Shown here: piece after piece, positions 63,229-64,000 of the stretch
How positions within the stretch are numbered: the first letter of the stretch is position 1
How the letters are laid out: each line of letters opens with the position of its first letter
Source: Gammaproteobacteria bacterium
Lineage (GTDB): Bacteria > Pseudomonadota > Gammaproteobacteria > Ga0077536
Direction of reading: 5' to 3'
DNA: 64,000 nt
NCBI GenBank assembly: GCA_009692265.1
Contig: SHZM01000001.1
Location: forward strand, 19,363-83,362
The notes under the pieces: generated by a model
The model's input: the letters and a program-made list of their open reading frames with translations, nothing else
Told to the model about the DNA's origin: nothing
Database searches by the model: none
Translations under genes and position numbers: made by a program

Positions 63229-64000
63229 TTAATCCACCGAATCCGCCCGCATCGCGCCAGCCGCCTTCACGGTCGCATCAACCGATTTCAACGTTTCCAA
63301 CACTTCGCGCATCCGTGCGAGTGGCCAGGCGTTGGGACCATCGCTCAGCGCCTGCGCCGGAGTCGGGTGCGTTTCAATGAAAATTCCCGCGACCCCGACC
63401 GCTGCGGCAGCCCTCGCAAGCGCTGGCACAAATTCACGCTGACCGCCAGAACTGGCACCCTGCCCGCCCGGCATCTGTACCGAATGCGTGGCGTCGAAAA
63501 CGACCGGCGCGCCACTCGCGCGCATCACCACCAAAGCACGCATATCCGACACTAGGTAGTTGTAACCGAACGAGGCACCGCGTTCACACACCATGATGGC
63601 GTCGTTGCCGACTGCGCGCGCTTTGGCTACTACATGTGCCATGTCGCCCGGCGCGAGGAACTGACCCTTTTTAATATTGACCGGCTTGCCCTGGCGCGCG
63701 ACAGCCTGGATGAAGTTAGTCTGCCGACACAGAAAAGCTGGAGTTTGCAAAACATCGACGACAGCGGCGATCTCGTCGAGGGGCGAATCTTCGTGGACAT
63801 CGGTTAAGACCGGTACCCCAATGTCCCGCTTAACCTTGCTTAAAATTTCGAGCCCGCGCTCCAGACCTGGTCCTCGAAAGCTCTCGTGCGAAGTACGGTT
63901 GGCTTTATCAAAGGAGGCTTTGAATACGAACGGAATATCCAGCTCACGAGTCAGCTCCCGCAAAAACCCGGCAACTTCCAGGCAGAGGCTTTCGGATTCG
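63229..64000 (-). CDS. kdsA: 3-deoxy-8-phosphooctulonate synthase (5' end beyond the window)
   Basis: ...[16 protein letters not shown]...DVHE...PAFLCRQT... aligns to E. coli KdsA residues about 50-284. The frame stays open to coordinate 64000. Confidence 0.9.
   Translation of the reverse strand, partial: ESESLCLEVAGFLRELTRELDIPFVFKASFDKANRTSHESFRGPGLERGLEILSKVKRDIGVPVLTDVHEDSPLDEIAAVVDVLQTPAFLCRQTNFIQAVARQGKPVNIKKGQFLAPGDMAHVVAKARAVGNDAIMVCERGASFGYNYLVSDMRALVVMRASGAPVVFDATHSVQMPGGQGASSGGQREFVPALARAAAAVGVAGIFIETHPTPAQALSDGPNAWPLARMREVLETLKSVDATVKAAGAMRADSVD

Overview
GC-rich (~60%) chromosomal window from a gammaproteobacterium whose core gene order is Pseudomonas-like. The core blocks are kdsA-eno-ftsB-ispD-ispF, gyrA-pheA-tyrA-aroA-cmk-rpsA-ihfB-lapA-lapB-pyrF-mfd, glyA-nrdR-ribD-ribE-ribB-ribH-nusB-thiL, and mtnA/mtaD/rnt/purB/purL. 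From about 21 kb to 64 kb the window is conserved housekeeping DNA. From 1 to about 21 kb it is an accessory, mosaic region.

The accessory region contains:
- a class III nucleotidyl cyclase, a phosphotransferase, a PNPOx-fold protein and a HadAB-like dehydratase pair;
- a decayed junction where an indolepyruvate-decarboxylase-like gene (in-frame TAA) and a giant tandem-repeat protein gene (in-frame TGA) are both 3'-truncated and fused tail to tail;
- a tandem pair of M14 carboxypeptidase paralogs bracketed by inverted copies of a short GC-rich REP/MITE-like element, of which four copies occur in the window;
- a compact aerobic benzoyl-CoA 'box' module (benzoate-CoA ligase, Uma2 nuclease, MioC-like flavodoxin, BoxR, BoxC, BoxB) with no boxA or boxD;
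- a deazaflavin (F420)-type reductase immediately followed by a clear homolog of archaeal F420-dependent methylene-H4MPT dehydrogenase (Mtd);
- a SoxY-SoxZ fusion carrier plus HpcH aldolase operon sitting where pgpA normally follows thiL.

A third in-frame stop (TAG) interrupts an hpt-like gene in the core region. No tRNA, rRNA or CRISPR array was recognised. All identifications are by eye from the translations and cannot replace database searches.
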